Positions 1 to 11,580 of a DNA stretch of 64,000 nt are shown here, one piece after another. Within the stretch, counting starts at the first letter, position 1, and each line of letters opens with the position of its first letter. The DNA is from an uncultured Acidobacteriota bacterium (lineage in GTDB: Bacteria; Acidobacteriota; UBA6911): NCBI GenBank assembly GCA_963809485.1, contig CAWEJX010000016.1, forward strand, positions 1 through 64,000, read 5' to 3'. The notes under the pieces were generated by a model. The model saw only the letters and a program-made list of their open reading frames with translations, did not search any database and was not told the DNA's origin. The position numbers and the translations under genes are program-made.

Positions 1-84
1 GGTGAATTGCAGGCCCCGGAGAAGCATGGCGGCGCCCAATACCATGAGAATAACCGCCATGATTTTTCGAAATCGGATCCTCAT
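1..84 (-). CDS. small membrane protein, 5' part only (runs off window)
   Basis: ATG at 84 reads MRIRFRKIMAVILMVLGAAMLLRGLQFT, a hydrophobic segment directly downstream of the permease. Confidence 0.45.
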   Translation of the reverse strand, partial: MRIRFRKIMAVILMVLGAAMLLRGLQFT

Positions 85-138
85 CAGGGCACCACGGTTT
101 TTGAAGTGGAGCCGCTGGCTTTTTTCTTCCGCTCCACT

Positions 139-1643
139 TCAATTTTGAACTGCTCCAGGAGTTCCCACTCCCCTGTATCTGCCAGGATCTCCCAGCTGCT
201 CCGCATCCCAATCGTGCGGGGTGCTCCGGAAAATGGGCAGTTTGCTTTTATACCGATACCAGATGTAGTATCCCACCCATGCCGCCACCCACAAAGGACC
301 CAGGACGCGCGCGACAGCGTGAGTCCACAAAACGATGACGAGCATTCCCGCCGTCCCCAGAATTGCCAAAAATCCGAGCACGGGAATGTCCTTGCCCCGC
401 CACTGAATATTGAGCGGCACGCGGTACGCCCGCGGCGTGCGCGGCTCGCGGATCCTCAACGCCACCAGGGCCATGCTCGCAAGGAGATCACCGAGCATGG
501 CGCCGAAGGCGTACATATCCGCCATGGTCTCTAGAGCCCTCTCGCCGGTCAGGAAACCAAACAGGGCTTCGAGCGCAGCAACGCATGCGAAGACCACGAT
601 GGCGCGCACCGGCGTGTGGTACTTGTGATGAACATGGGACAGCCACTTCCCGATGAGGCCCATTTCGGACATGCTGTATTCCGAGCCGGCTGCAGCCCAT
701 AACACCCGTATTCGCCGAAATCAGCACAATGGTCGCGGCAAGTACTGCCGCGATGGGACCGGCGAGAAATCCTATGTAAGGCAATTGGCTTGCAAGGTGC
801 GCGACCGGATCGCCTTCGCGCGATGCAAGGTCCTGCCACGGAAGAATTCCCAGGGCTCACTACCGGAAACGCCATGGCAAAGAGCAGGACTACCACGATC
901 AGTGCCAGCGAGGTTCGAGGTATGACTGTTCCCGGGCGGATCGTCTCCTGAGCAGCCTGGGACACGGACTCCAAACCGACAAAGGAAATCACCGCGATGC
1001 TGACGGCATAAAGGATCTGTTTGGTTGGAGGGAACGCCGTATGCCACTGGTGCAGGAAAAGGTTCGGATGCCAGGCGAAGGCAAATCCCAGAATCACGAT
1101 GGAGGCTTCCATCGCCATATCCAGAACGCCCAGGATTTCGTTAAACAGCGACGATTCGCGGACACCCCTAATATTAAGCACGATCAGGAAGCCGATAAAA
1201 ACCATCGACTCGGCAAGCCAGATCAGGTTCACATGGTGGAAGGGACCAAAATCGACGGCAAAATTTCGGATGGCCGGGAAGAAGAAATTGACGTATCCTG
1301 CTGAGGCCATGGCAAACAGCGCGATGTCGACCGTGTAATCCAGCATGAGCGCGGCACCCGTCACGACGCCCCAGAAGTCGCCCATGCCACGGAAGGCAAA
1401 ATACTGGCCGCCCCCTGCAACAGGATAGGCCGCAGCCAATTCCGTGTGCGCCAGGCCCAGACAAAAATGTATACGATGCCGGCGATCGGCAAAAGCCAGC
1501 GGCGTGGCGCCCTGGGCCGCGGCGATGACCAACCCTAGAGCGACGTAGACATCGGCTCCGACATCCGCGTAACCCCACGAGGTAAACGATCCCCAGACCG
1601 TAACCTGCCGCCTCAGCTTGACCTTCGGTTCCTGCGTTGCCAT
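139..1643 (-). CDS. APC-family amino acid permease, split by several frameshifts
   Basis: ORFs 549..1670, 488..784 and 139..705 carry consecutive parts: GADVYVALG, ELAAAYPVAGGGQY, SFVGLESVSQAAQE, SANTGVMG, LRIREPRTPRAYRVP. Confidence 0.8.
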
Positions 1644-1729
1644 GAAGCAAACACTCCGGACAGACGGCAAAGCTTAGTCCTGAAGGGTAATAAATTCAAT
1701 AGATGACGCATTTGAAAACGCCACCTATT

Positions 1730-3243
1730 TCACGAATTATAAGTCTTTTTTAATTCACCTTTCAGGATTTTTCCGAGGTCATTGCGGGGCAGGGAGTGCC
1801 TGAATTCCACAGCTGAAAGCCTTTGATAGCCGGCCAGTCGGGCATTGGCCCAGTCCTTGAGGGTAATTTCTCCAAGGGGAGAGTCCAACTGCTTTTTCAC
1901 TACCAGGGCCAGAGGGCTTTCGCCCCACTCGCTGTGGGGTATACCAATGACGGCAGCCTCTGCAACTTCCGGGTGTTTCAAAAGAACCTCCTCGATGTCG
2001 CTGGGATAAATATTGATGCCGCCGGAGATGATGAGGTCCTTTTTGCGGTCCAGTATGTAAAGGTAGCCGTCTTCGTCCAGCCTGCCGATATCGCCGGTTC
2101 TGATGTAGAGCCTTCCCTTCTTATCGGGCCAAAGGATTTCCCTGCTTTTTTCCGGATTTTTGTAATATTCCGCCATCATGGAAAAGTTATATCCGGCGAT
2201 TTCACCGGTTTCTCCTTGCGGAGTTCCCGGCCTTCGTCGTCGATGATTTTTATGTCGCCGCCCAGACGCGGCTTCCCTACCGAGCCCAGCTTGGAGAACT
2301 GTTCATTCGGCCGCAGAACGGTGCTTATCCCTTCGGTAAGGCCATAAAGCTCCACAAGTTTGGATTTAGGAAATTTGCGCAGGATCTCGCTCTTAGTCGA
2401 CTTGCGCAAGGGCGCGGCGGCGGATAGAAAAACCTCGATCGATGATGTATCGAATCGGCTGAATTCCGCATAATCCATGATCCTGATGAATTGAGTAGGA
2501 ACCAGAAATGCGTGCGTGCATCTTTCCTTTTGAACCAGATCCAGGAATGCGCCCGGGTCGAAGGAACCCATGAGGACCACGGTGCCTCCAGCCAGAAGCG
2601 TGGGAAGGTAGATCAGCTGGGTACCGTTGGCGTAAAGCGGCGTGCTGACAAGGCTGACAGCGTCGTTGTGAACACGGAATTCCAGGCCGCAGGTCATTGC
2701 GAAATCGAGTCGGGCCCGGTGCGTGTGCACGATCCCCTTGGGCGCCCCGGTTGTGCCGGAACTGTAGACGATGTTGTAGAGATCTTCCGGCGTAATCACC
2801 ACCTCCGGCTCGTCGCCGGATGACGCGCCGAGAAAATCATCGTAATCCGTCCAGCCTGCAGCGGGTCCTTCCAGCACAATCCTTTGAGCGATAGAACTGC
2901 AGTTTCCCACGAGGTCCAGAACCGATCGTGCTGCAAAAAGGGCTTTGGGGCACGCATCCCTCAGTTGGAGGGCGACAGTCTCTTTTTTCAGCATGGTCGA
3001 GAGGGGGACGATGGCAGCTCCGGCTTTCAGCGCGCCGAACATGATTTCCGGATATTCGAGACAGTTGCGGCTCAGGATCGCCACCCGGTCGCCTTTGGAG
3101 ATACCAAGCGCGATCAGGCCGTTGGCAATTTTGTTAATCTTTGGTTGAGCTTTTTCCAGCAAGACCTCATCCCTTCATAAATAATTGCACGTCTTGTCCG
3201 GATACCATTTCGCATGCCCCGCCATGAATTCCGTCAATCCCAT
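1730..3243 (-). CDS. AMP-dependent acyl-CoA synthetase/ligase, frameshifted near 2180 and 3170
   Basis: YSSGTTGAPKG, YGLTEG, TGDIG..DRKKDLIISGGINIYP, PRNDLGKI motifs across ORFs 2176..3162 and 1730..2179; start approximate. Confidence 0.85.
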
Positions 3244-3403
3244 GAACTTCTCTGGTATTAGCGCCAATGCCCGTTCTCCAATAAGACAAATATGCCAGGA
3301 TTTTGCGTTACTCGATATATTCTGAAAACCAGACCCTTGACTGTAAAAATTTTAAGGTAGTTTCATAAAATCCAGTAGTTTGATTTCCTGTTGAATGATT
3401 AAA

Positions 3404-3469
3404 TTGTCAGCGTTCATCAGCGGCTTTGTCAGCGTATATCAGCGTTATCAAATGCTGGAGCCGTCAAAC
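3404..3469. repeat. degenerate partial copy of the core of the IS200-like non-autonomous repeat
   Basis: gtcagcg...tcagcgttatcaaatgctggagccgtcaaac resembles tcagcgtttcaaaatacggagctgtcaaa in the copies at 14441, 48307 and 52947. Confidence 0.5.
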
Positions 3470-3614
3470 ACCAAAAGCCATCCATCAGAGCCGAGGGATT
3501 AACGACGATTTCCCTTGTAGCAAAGGACTTCAGGGTTTCAAGGTAGTATTCGCGAAGGCCGATGTCGGAGTGTTCGCCAAAGAGGCAGACACGGCCCGGA
3601 ACGAAAATTTTCAT
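3429..3614 (-). pseudogene. remnant of a GHMP/galactokinase-like gene
   Basis: MKIFVPGRVCLFGEHSD is a galactokinase-type N-terminal signature, but the ORF is only ~61 codons. Confidence 0.6.
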
Positions 3615-3728
3615 AGCAACCCCCTGGGATGCAGCCAAGAATCTACACGAATCCGTGGAATCCGTGCCGTTTTTTCTTTAAAACATTCCCGAATTTGGCA
3701 ATATTGTGTCTCCGGAGGCCACCTATCT

Positions 3729-5120
3729 ATGATAACGATGAAATTCGGCGGGACTTCCGTCGGGGATGTCCAGCGGATCAACGATGCCGCCACGATTGTC
3801 CGATCGCATTTGTCCAGGCACGCTGTGGTTGTGGCATCGGCCATGGGCGGGGTAACCAACACCCTGCTGGATACCGCGCACATGGCCGCGCGCCGTGAAA
3901 CCCGCCGGGTCGAGGCGAATATCGAGGGATTGAGGCAAAAGCACCTCCAGGTCGCGCATATGGTAGAGCAACCTGAAGCCCGCAAAGCCCTCATCGATCG
4001 CCAGGCGCGCCTCATCGACGAACTCTCAAACCTTTGCCGCGGCGTCAGCCTGCTCAAGGAACTGACCGTCCGCTCTCTCGACGCGATATCGGCTTTTGGA
4101 GAGGTGTTGTCCTGCGTGCAGCTGGCGGCGATACTGAACAGCCGCGGCGTGGATGCCGAATTCATCGACTCCCGGGCGATCGTCCGGACGGATGATCATT
4201 TCGGGGAAGCAGCCGTGGATTTTTCCGCAACCAAGCGTAGCGCGCGAAAGAGGCTTTTGCCGCTCGTGAAGAGAAACATCGTGCCCATTGTCACGGGCTT
4301 CATCGCAAGCACGGAAGACGGCCTCACAACGACTCTGGGCCGCAGCGGATCGGACTATACGGCTTCAATTATCGGCGCCGCGCTCGACAGCGAAGAAATC
4401 TGGATATGGACGGATGTGGACGGGGTCATGACAGCCGATCCCCGCGCGGTCAAGAAGGCGACTGTGCTGCCGGAGATCACCTATCGCGAGGCGGCGGAGA
4501 TGTCCTACTTCGGCGCGAAGGTGATCCATCCCAAGACCATGATGCCGGCCATCGAAAACAACATTCCTATCAGGATCAAAAACACATTTAATCCCTCTCA
4601 TCCCGGGACGCTCATTTCGAAGACGGCCAACCAGACGGAGAGAGTGGTAAAGAATGTTACTTCGATCGACAAACTCAGCCTGGTGTCGATCGAGGGAAAC
4701 GGAATGGTGGGGGTGCCCGGAATTTCCGCAAGGATTTTTGCGGCGCTGGCGCGGGTTCAGGTGAATGTGATGATGATCTCGCAGGCGTCTTCGGAACATA
4801 ACGTCTGCCTGGTGATTCCCCAGAATGACTGCAAACGGGCGCTGAAGGCGCTCCGGGGGGAATTCGAAATCGAATTTGCGAAAAAGGCTATCGACGATAT
4901 CAAGCTGCACGATAACGTATCCATCGTTGCGGTTGTGGGCGCCGGGATGAAGGGCACGCGCGGCATCGCCGCAAAGACATTTACGGCCGTGGCAAGCGCA
5001 GGGGTGAACATCATGGCGATTGCGCAGGGTTCGTCGGAATTGAATATTTCCTTTGTCGTCGCACAGTCGGAGGCCCGCCAGGCCGTGCAGGCGATCCACG
5101 ACGCGTTTCATCTGGCGTAG
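3729..5120 (+). CDS. lysC: aspartate kinase with two ACT domains
   Basis: MKFGGTSVG, TTLGRSGSDYTA, WTDVDGVMTADP, EAAEMSYFGAKVIHP; C-terminal QASSEHN and QGSSELN ACT repeats. Confidence 0.93.
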   Translation: MITMKFGGTSVGDVQRINDAATIVRSHLSRHAVVVASAMGGVTNTLLDTAHMAARRETRRVEANIEGLRQKHLQVAHMVEQPEARKALIDRQARLIDELSNLCRGVSLLKELTVRSLDAISAFGEVLSCVQLAAILNSRGVDAEFIDSRAIVRTDDHFGEAAVDFSATKRSARKRLLPLVKRNIVPIVTGFIASTEDGLTTTLGRSGSDYTASIIGAALDSEEIWIWTDVDGVMTADPRAVKKATVLPEITYREAAEMSYFGAKVIHPKTMMPAIENNIPIRIKNTFNPSHPGTLISKTANQTERVVKNVTSIDKLSLVSIEGNGMVGVPGISARIFAALARVQVNVMMISQASSEHNVCLVIPQNDCKRALKALRGEFEIEFAKKAIDDIKLHDNVSIVAVVGAGMKGTRGIAAKTFTAVASAGVNIMAIAQGSSELNISFVVAQSEARQAVQAIHDAFHLA

Positions 5121-5217
5121 CATGGCAAATTGGCTGGGGGATATGCATAAGACATCAATCGGACGGCGGTGGAAAGCTGCCCTTACGAATTATTAGAGGA
5201 AGTCATACAACGAGGTC

Positions 5218-6117
5218 ATGATGCTGATACATTCTATTCTGGATGCCGTCGGAAACACTCCGTTGATAAGTCTTAAAAAGCTGTCTTCAGGCAATGTATT
5301 CGTCAAAGCCGAGCACCTAAATCCCGGGGGCAGCGTCAAGGACCGCGTCGCCAAGTACATCATCGAGTCTGCGGAAAAACAGGGAAAGCTCAAGCCCGGG
5401 ATGATAATCATTGAAGCGACCTCCGGAAACACGGGAATAGGCCTGGCGCTGATAGGCAGGATCAAGGGCTACGAGGTCGTTTGCATCATGCCCGAGAACA
5501 TGAGCGAAGAACGCAAGAAGATCATCCGGGCATTCGGGGGAGAAATCGTCTTCAGTCCGGCCGAGGGGAGCCTGTCGGCAAGCCTCAAGAAGCTAAAAGA
5601 AATCATTGGTCCGGAACCGCAGAAATATTTCGTCGCCAATCAGTTCAGCAATCCGGACAATCCGGAGGTTCATTACCTGCAAACAGCTCCGGAAATCTGG
5701 AAGGACGCAGGCGGCAGCATCGATGTTTTTGTAGCCGGAGTGGGAAGCGGGGGAACGCTTCAGGGCATCGGGAAGTTTCTCAAAGAGAAGAAGCCTTCCA
5801 CCAAAATCGTCGCGGTGGAACCGAAGAACAGCGCGGCATTGCTCGGGAGGGAACCGGGGCTTCACAACATCCAGGGAATCGGGGACGGATTCATTCCGGA
5901 TGTCCTCGATGTGAACCTCGTGGACATGGTGTTCACGGTTTCCGACGAAGAAGCTATCGAAACAACCCGAAGGCTCTCCCGCGAAGAAGGATTGCTCGTA
6001 GGGACCTCTTCCGGGGCCAATGTTTTTGCGGCTCTCCACATGGATAACGGCCACAACAGGATTGTAACCATACTGCCCGACCGGGCGGAGAGATATTTCA
6101 GCACAGCTTTGCTGTAA
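5218..6117 (+). CDS. cysK: cysteine synthase A
   Basis: NPGGSVKDR PLP lysine, EATSGNTG, GVGSGGT, GIGDGFIP, ERYFST. Confidence 0.93.
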   Translation: MMLIHSILDAVGNTPLISLKKLSSGNVFVKAEHLNPGGSVKDRVAKYIIESAEKQGKLKPGMIIIEATSGNTGIGLALIGRIKGYEVVCIMPENMSEERKKIIRAFGGEIVFSPAEGSLSASLKKLKEIIGPEPQKYFVANQFSNPDNPEVHYLQTAPEIWKDAGGSIDVFVAGVGSGGTLQGIGKFLKEKKPSTKIVAVEPKNSAALLGREPGLHNIQGIGDGFIPDVLDVNLVDMVFTVSDEEAIETTRRLSREEGLLVGTSSGANVFAALHMDNGHNRIVTILPDRAERYFSTALL

Positions 6118-6334
6118 TTCCTGCCCAAATGCATCCCTGGCCCGGGAAGCATATTGCCATCTCTCCCGAACAGCGACTATGGCTAAAGCCTCCTTTTATC
6201 CACCGTTTGGTCCGCGCAATGCGTGCCAGTCATCGGACTGCCCGTGGGACCTATCGCTGCAGAAATCAATAATCGCGGAAATGTCGGATAATTTTGCAGT
6301 CAGGAATTTTTTCGGCTGGCTTATACCCGGTCTC

Positions 6335-7703
6335 TTATAGAAACAGCTTGCCGGGATTGAAGAGGCCTTCCGGGTCAATGAGCGTCTTAAGCCTTTTCAT
6401 AAGTTCAAGGCTGTCTCCGTGCTCTTCGGGTAGGAAGCGGCGCTTGCCGATTCCAATCCCGTGCTCCCCGGTGCAGGTGCCTTCGAACGCCAAAGCCTGT
6501 TCTACGATGCGTCGATTCGCATCCTCAACCCTGGCCCATCGCGTGCTGTCGGCGGGCGACATCCATGACAATGACGTGGATGTTGCCGTCCCCGGCGTGG
6601 CCGAAAACATAGGCCAGGAGATCGCGCACTTCCTGCTTGATGAAGGCCACCATATCGCTGTAGCACGAAAGCGGGACCGCAACGTCCATGATGAGCGGCA
6701 GCAACCCGGGATTCTGCCGCTTGATGGACTCGAAGGTGAGGTGGCGCATTTCCCACAGACGGTCCCTTTCCGTCTGACCGATGCCCTTATCGATGAATGT
6801 GCTGGAATTTTCCGTGCAGATCTCTTCGATATAGGCCATCTCTGCCCGGAGACCTTCCTCGCTGAAACCAGTGAACTCCATGAGCAACGTAGGCTGTTCC
6901 TGCATATTTAGTTCCCTGTCCCGGTTGAGCACACCGATCACGTTGCTGTCGAGGAATTCCATTGCCGCAGGGGAGAATCCGGAACTCATGACCTGGAACA
7001 CGGTGTCCGTGGCATTCTTTATCTCAGGGAAGGTGATGCGCAGCGCCATGAAATTTGCAGGCAGGCCGGCAAGCCTCAAGGTCGCTTCTGTGATGATGCC
7101 GAGAGTGCCTTCAGAGCCCACAAAAAGGTGAATGAGGTCGTAACCCGATGAGCTTTTTCGAGCCCTATTCCCTGCCCTGATGACGTTTCCTCCGGGCAGG
7201 ACAACAACCAGACGCAGGATATGGTCCTTTGTCGCCCCGTATTTCACCGTTCTGATGCCGCTGGCGTTATTCCCGATCATCCCGCCGATAGTGGCTGCCG
7301 CGCCGGGATCGGGCGGGAAAAAGAGACCGTGGCGGCTAAGAGCTTTGTTCAGGTCCTTATACACCACCCCTGCCTGCACATCGACCTGGAAGTCCTGCGG
7401 GTGGACCGCAAGTATTCCCTGCATTTCCTGGAAATCGAGGACAATGCCATGGCTCACGGGGATCGGATTGCCCTCGAGGCTCGTTCCCACTCCCCAGGCG
7501 GTTACAGGGATCCGGCGTTCGAAAGCATAGCACGCAATCCGGCTGACCTCTCCGGTGCTGTGAGGCCAGACCACGATGTCGGGAAGAACCGGCGGATGAT
7601 AGGACTCGTCGTGGGAATGCAGGCTGAGGACCGATTCGCCCGTGGAGACGAACTGCTCGCCGACTATGGCCTTGAGATTGCCGAGATCATCGTGCGTAAT
7701 CAT
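6335..7703 (-). CDS. FAD-linked oxidase of the GlcD/D-lactate dehydrogenase family, one frameshift near 6545
   Basis: PPDPGAAATIGG, GSEGTLGIIT, GHAGDGNIH, and in the second frame TGEHGIGIGK...DPEGLFNPGK. Confidence 0.88.
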
Positions 7704-7863
7704 GGTTGCCTCCGCTGAATTCCTCTAAAGAATCTATCCGCTTCGGAAAATGCTGGCAAATCAAGCGAAATAAAATGAACTGAAATAAGCCTTATACGCC
7801 GAAAAGTATATTGGAAACAAGACGCGAGGGGTGTGCGTCGATTCAAAAGCTGTGAGGGCCGAA

Positions 7864-8145
7864 ATGTCAACCTGGCATCTGGTTATTCTGCTTGCTATAT
7901 CAGCCTGCGTAGTTGCATGCCTTCTGGGAATCTGCAAGGCTGTCGAAAAACTGGCGAAAGGCGTTTTCGTTGTTGGGGCTGAGCTTAAAAAGTTAGGCGC
8001 AAAACTGGAAAGCGTCGAGGCGGTCAGCAAAGATGATTCCGAAAAATCTAAAAGCGAAGATGAGCCCGACTCCTCGTTTGAAGCGATAGAGGCCGCCATC
8101 TCCAATTTCGAAAAGCTGAAGCGGATCGATCTATCGAAGCTGTAA
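7864..8145 (+). CDS. hypothetical single-pass membrane protein
   Basis: N-terminal hydrophobic helix followed by an acidic coiled region. Confidence 0.55.
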   Translation: MSTWHLVILLAISACVVACLLGICKAVEKLAKGVFVVGAELKKLGAKLESVEAVSKDDSEKSKSEDEPDSSFEAIEAAISNFEKLKRIDLSKL

Positions 8146-8242
8146 CAAAAGGGGACGGGCGCCAGTGTCCCCGATGGGGCGCAGGAATACCTATATTCTT
8201 CTCATCGATTGGAGAATCTTTCGACTATCCCTCTTCGTTTTC

Positions 8243-9553
8243 TCATTCCCGGGCCATCGCATATTGCTTCGCCGGTGCGGCTCCCTTCAGCGACGGATGT
8301 GCCGGGGGCTTTGTGAATATCAGGCAGCATAGGCCGGCGGTAATTATGACGATCGCCGCCTGGAAGGCGGGTATATAGCTGCCGGCCGATTCACGGATGA
8401 ACCCGGCGATTGGAGCGCCGAGGCCTCCGGCGAAGGTCCAGAAAAGCCTTACAAAACCCATAATTTTGGGGTAATTCGAGGCTCCGAAGTAATTCGGAAA
8501 CATGTTCATGGTTGCAGCCATCGCAAGCCCGAAACCCAGTCCGAGTACAACCATATATAGAAAAACAAAGGGAAGCGTTTTGGCGAAAAGCAGCAGCAAC
8601 ATACCGGCTATCTTGAAGACCTCTCCGCCAATGGCAATGGACTGTACGCTGAATTTTGACCCGAGGTACCCGACACTTAACTGCCCGAATGCCATCACGC
8701 CCGACATGACGCTTAATGCGGCAGCGGCCAGAGTGGCGCTTATTCCGATGTCGAACAGATAAGCCACCTGGTGTGTCATCAATGCCTGCATCGCCAGCAT
8801 ATTCATGCAGAAGTAAGCAATCAGCAGCCAGAGGCACCGGGTCCGCATCGCTTCCCCTGCGGTGAATTCCACGGACGTTTTATAACCGGCTTTGGGCGGC
8901 ATGCCGTGACCGGCGGTCACAGATCTCGAATGGGCCGGTCCATCGGGCATCTGTCCAAGGTCCTGGGGCTTGTTCCGGATCAGAAACGACGGCAGGATAA
9001 TGGCAAAAACCAGGACCAATAAAGCAATGACCATTGTAGTAATGCGCCAGCCGAACTTTTCAATCACACGCATCATAGCCGGGCCCATCACAACTCCCCC
9101 GGCGCCTCCGGAAGCCAGGAAAACGCTTAATGCCAGATGCCTTTTCCTGACAAACCAATTGTTGACCACAGTAGTGGTGGCGAGCATTCCGCCGAAACCC
9201 GCTCCGGTCCCTACGAGCAATCCCCAACCCAAAAACAGCTGCCAGAGCTGAGAATGCCAATACAGCAGGAGGAATCCGGCGCCCGCCAAAATGTTCCCCA
9301 GGACGATTGCGCGCCTGGCGCCGAACCTTCCGATGAACACTCCGGCGATCGGGCCGGATATCCCCAGCGCGATCAGATTGATCGTCGCGGCATAGGAAAC
9401 GGTCCCTCTATTCCAGCCGAAGTCCTTGATCAGGAAAGGGAGAAAGTAGCCGAACGAAATTATGTAGAAACCCGCAATTATGCCCAGGACCGCACATACG
9501 GTAAGATTGATCCACCCATAAAAGCCTTTATCGCTGGTAAAGCTCACCGGCAT
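8243..9553 (-). CDS. MFS transporter (OFA/MCT-like)
   Basis: About 12 hydrophobic segments, GRFGARR motif A, WFVRKR, strong SD (GGAGG) before ATG 9553. Confidence 0.88.
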   Translation of the reverse strand: MPVSFTSDKGFYGWINLTVCAVLGIIAGFYIISFGYFLPFLIKDFGWNRGTVSYAATINLIALGISGPIAGVFIGRFGARRAIVLGNILAGAGFLLLYWHSQLWQLFLGWGLLVGTGAGFGGMLATTTVVNNWFVRKRHLALSVFLASGGAGGVVMGPAMMRVIEKFGWRITTMVIALLVLVFAIILPSFLIRNKPQDLGQMPDGPAHSRSVTAGHGMPPKAGYKTSVEFTAGEAMRTRCLWLLIAYFCMNMLAMQALMTHQVAYLFDIGISATLAAAALSVMSGVMAFGQLSVGYLGSKFSVQSIAIGGEVFKIAGMLLLLFAKTLPFVFLYMVVLGLGFGLAMAATMNMFPNYFGASNYPKIMGFVRLFWTFAGGLGAPIAGFIRESAGSYIPAFQAAIVIITAGLCCLIFTKPPAHPSLKGAAPAKQYAMARE

Positions 9554-9960
9554 GCTCCTTCCTCCTTCCGTTGTCATCGATGGTATTGCACGAGCAGTTC
9601 TTTGGGTTATATGGTAGTCGTCCCCAGGATACAAGCTGAAAGTGGGGCTCGTGTTCTTTTTATAAGGAAAAGGGATCTTTCAGAAGCCGCGCAACAAGCG
9701 ATGCCGGCATGGACGTAAAACGCTATTTGCGCGGTTTCCGAAAGATTGGCTTGAATCAATATGTCAACTTTCTTGGACACCTGTATGCGATTCGTGAAAG
9801 ATCCCCCGACAGGTGGACAGAAGGTAATACTGAATTTTACAAACCTCTCCGTCTGCAGCCGCTTGCCTCAACTTCGCAGAACGCGGTTTCGGCGAAATTG
9901 CTCTCTACTAATTCACCTTATGGATTATGCAATCAACGGGCGCCACGATTGGCGTTATAG

Positions 9961-10356
9961 TTATTGATACAAGCGTAGAGATGAATGGCGCGCAATAGGG
10001 ACAAAATGCTTGTCCAGAGTAAACAAGGAGAGGTTATTCGCTATTGAAATCTGCGCTATCAGAAGATCGACTGTGCCGACTGTGATCCCTTGCTGGGCAA
10101 GAGCATACCCTAGTTGTCCCGCCGCCTGAAAATCTTCCTCCCGGGTTTCAATGCATTCGATCGACGTCAACAACTCGGCCAATGCCTTGGTTTCCTTCCT
10201 TGATTTTGCCGCTCGATATAATTCGGTTTCGATGATTCCGGTATAAACAGGAGCCCCTGATTTCAGAAGCTGCCTGAGACGAGCGGATACTTCAGAACCG
10301 GCGCTCCTGAAGAAAGAAATCCATACGGACGTGTCCACGATCACGCTATCGCTCAT
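9961..10356 (-). CDS. vapC: VapC PIN-domain toxin
   Basis: VDTSVWI, E in helix 2, DLLIA, LFTLDKHF PIN motifs. Confidence 0.9.
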   Translation of the reverse strand: MSDSVIVDTSVWISFFRSAGSEVSARLRQLLKSGAPVYTGIIETELYRAAKSRKETKALAELLTSIECIETREEDFQAAGQLGYALAQQGITVGTVDLLIAQISIANNLSLFTLDKHFVPIARHSSLRLYQ

Positions 10357-10540
10357 ATCGCGCCTTCTCCCAGTGGTCGGAAAATTGCAGCGTGCCTTCC
10401 AGCTTCATGATATTTTCGATGTTCTTGCGCCGGATATATTCCTTCATTGCCGTCACAATTGCTTCGGTCTTGGTTTTGCTCCCCGACAGCTGCATGGTCT
10501 TGCTTACCAGGTCGTCGGGTATGTTTAATGTCGTTTTCAC
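10346..10540 (-). CDS. vapB: VapB antitoxin (ribbon-helix-helix type)
   Basis: MKTTLNIPDDL..KTKTEAI; overlaps the vapC start. Confidence 0.85.
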   Translation of the reverse strand: MKTTLNIPDDLVSKTMQLSGSKTKTEAIVTAMKEYIRRKNIENIMKLEGTLQFSDHWEKARYER

Positions 10541-10709
10541 GATACCTCCTGATGCTTGAGTTCAGGATTGACATTATAGCAGATTACGTACATATCATAA
10601 ATGCGAAATATACATACAGCGGGGCACGGGTTCGGATCGTATCGCGACAGAAACTGATTAGAGAACTGTTGATGAAGGATTCGCCGCTATCTCCGGCGGA
10701 AGGACTCTC

Positions 10710-11084
10710 TTAGACAGCTTTGGCTCTCCGCCTTCCGCCAATGAAACCGCCCGCCGCTCCTCCCAATATTTTTGTAACGTGAGAGAGGTAGAAGAAGACA
10801 CTGTGGCCAGCCAGATGCAGTTGCCCGCGCAGGACGTCGCCGACGGTGTAAAAAACAATAGCTGCGATCCCAACCAGAATTCCGTGCAGGACAAAGCGAG
10901 ATTCAATTTTTTGTGCCGCCCAAAGTGCAGCCAATAACATGAAGACGAAGCCGCCGCCTAAACCAATAGTGGCGCCCACCAAGGAGGTTAAGGGCTGAGA
11001 AACGATTAGAAAAACAGCAATAAGCAAAATTTCCGCCAGAAAGCCCGCAATCACGATGCGTCCCCAATGAATCTTCATTCGCAA
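10710..11084 (-). CDS. four-TM hypothetical membrane protein
   Basis: hydrophobic segments, LHGILVG, GGAAGG near the C-terminus, SD upstream. Confidence 0.7.
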   Translation of the reverse strand: MRMKIHWGRIVIAGFLAEILLIAVFLIVSQPLTSLVGATIGLGGGFVFMLLAALWAAQKIESRFVLHGILVGIAAIVFYTVGDVLRGQLHLAGHSVFFYLSHVTKILGGAAGGFIGGRRRAKAV

Positions 11085-11134
11085 AGCCTCCGTTGTTTAG
11101 TCAATAGCAAAGCGGGCATTTAGGATGTTGCCGA

Positions 11135-11546
11135 CTAAGATAGGCCAATCTTTCCAAATGGGGCGGGATCGAGATAGATCCAATACCGCGCCATCAAACC
11201 AGCATCATTAACCTCCCATATTGAACAGCCCAATATCTCCAGATGGTGCTTGACCGAGGTTAATCGCCACTCCAATGAGGCAAACGGGGGTTCTATAATG
11301 ACACGCTCGATCTTCCGGTGATAGTCCTCCAGGGCTCCAAACAATCCGCGCTCGAATTCCCGTTCCACATTCCGGTTTGGGCAATGCTTACCGTTTGTCC
11401 ATCCCTCAACTGTGGAGGCCATCAATGAGTCGATCCCCGTGATGGTTTCCTCCACAGTTTTCGTTGGACGCGCGTTCTCTATTTCAAATATCCTTCTTAT
11501 GAGATTTTCGATTTGTTCACGGGTCACTGTGGTCGTTTGGGTCATA
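11135..11546 (-). CDS. SnoaL/NTF2-like small protein
   Basis: FGALEDYHRKIERVIIE..ASLEW..GCSIWEVNDAGL..YWIYLD pattern; GGAGG SD before MTQTTT. Confidence 0.6.
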
Positions 11547-11580
11547 TTGCCCTCCGCACAAGTGCCAGCGTTTATCCAAA

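Noticed and set aside
3426-3728. N-terminal extension of aspartokinase, or a lysine/SAM riboswitch
   Set aside because: The family begins at MKFGGTS with a GGAGG SD before 3729; the upstream DNA is explained by the repeat fragment and GHMP remnant, and no riboswitch consensus was recognised.
139-7703. Cluster of frameshifted genes (permease, acyl-CoA ligase, FAD oxidase) as real pseudogenes or programmed frameshifts
   Set aside because: Single-base indels, some compensating, with intact motifs and no slippery sites, concentrated at the window start. A similar missing G at ~47170 also points to sequencing error. Reads would be needed to decide.
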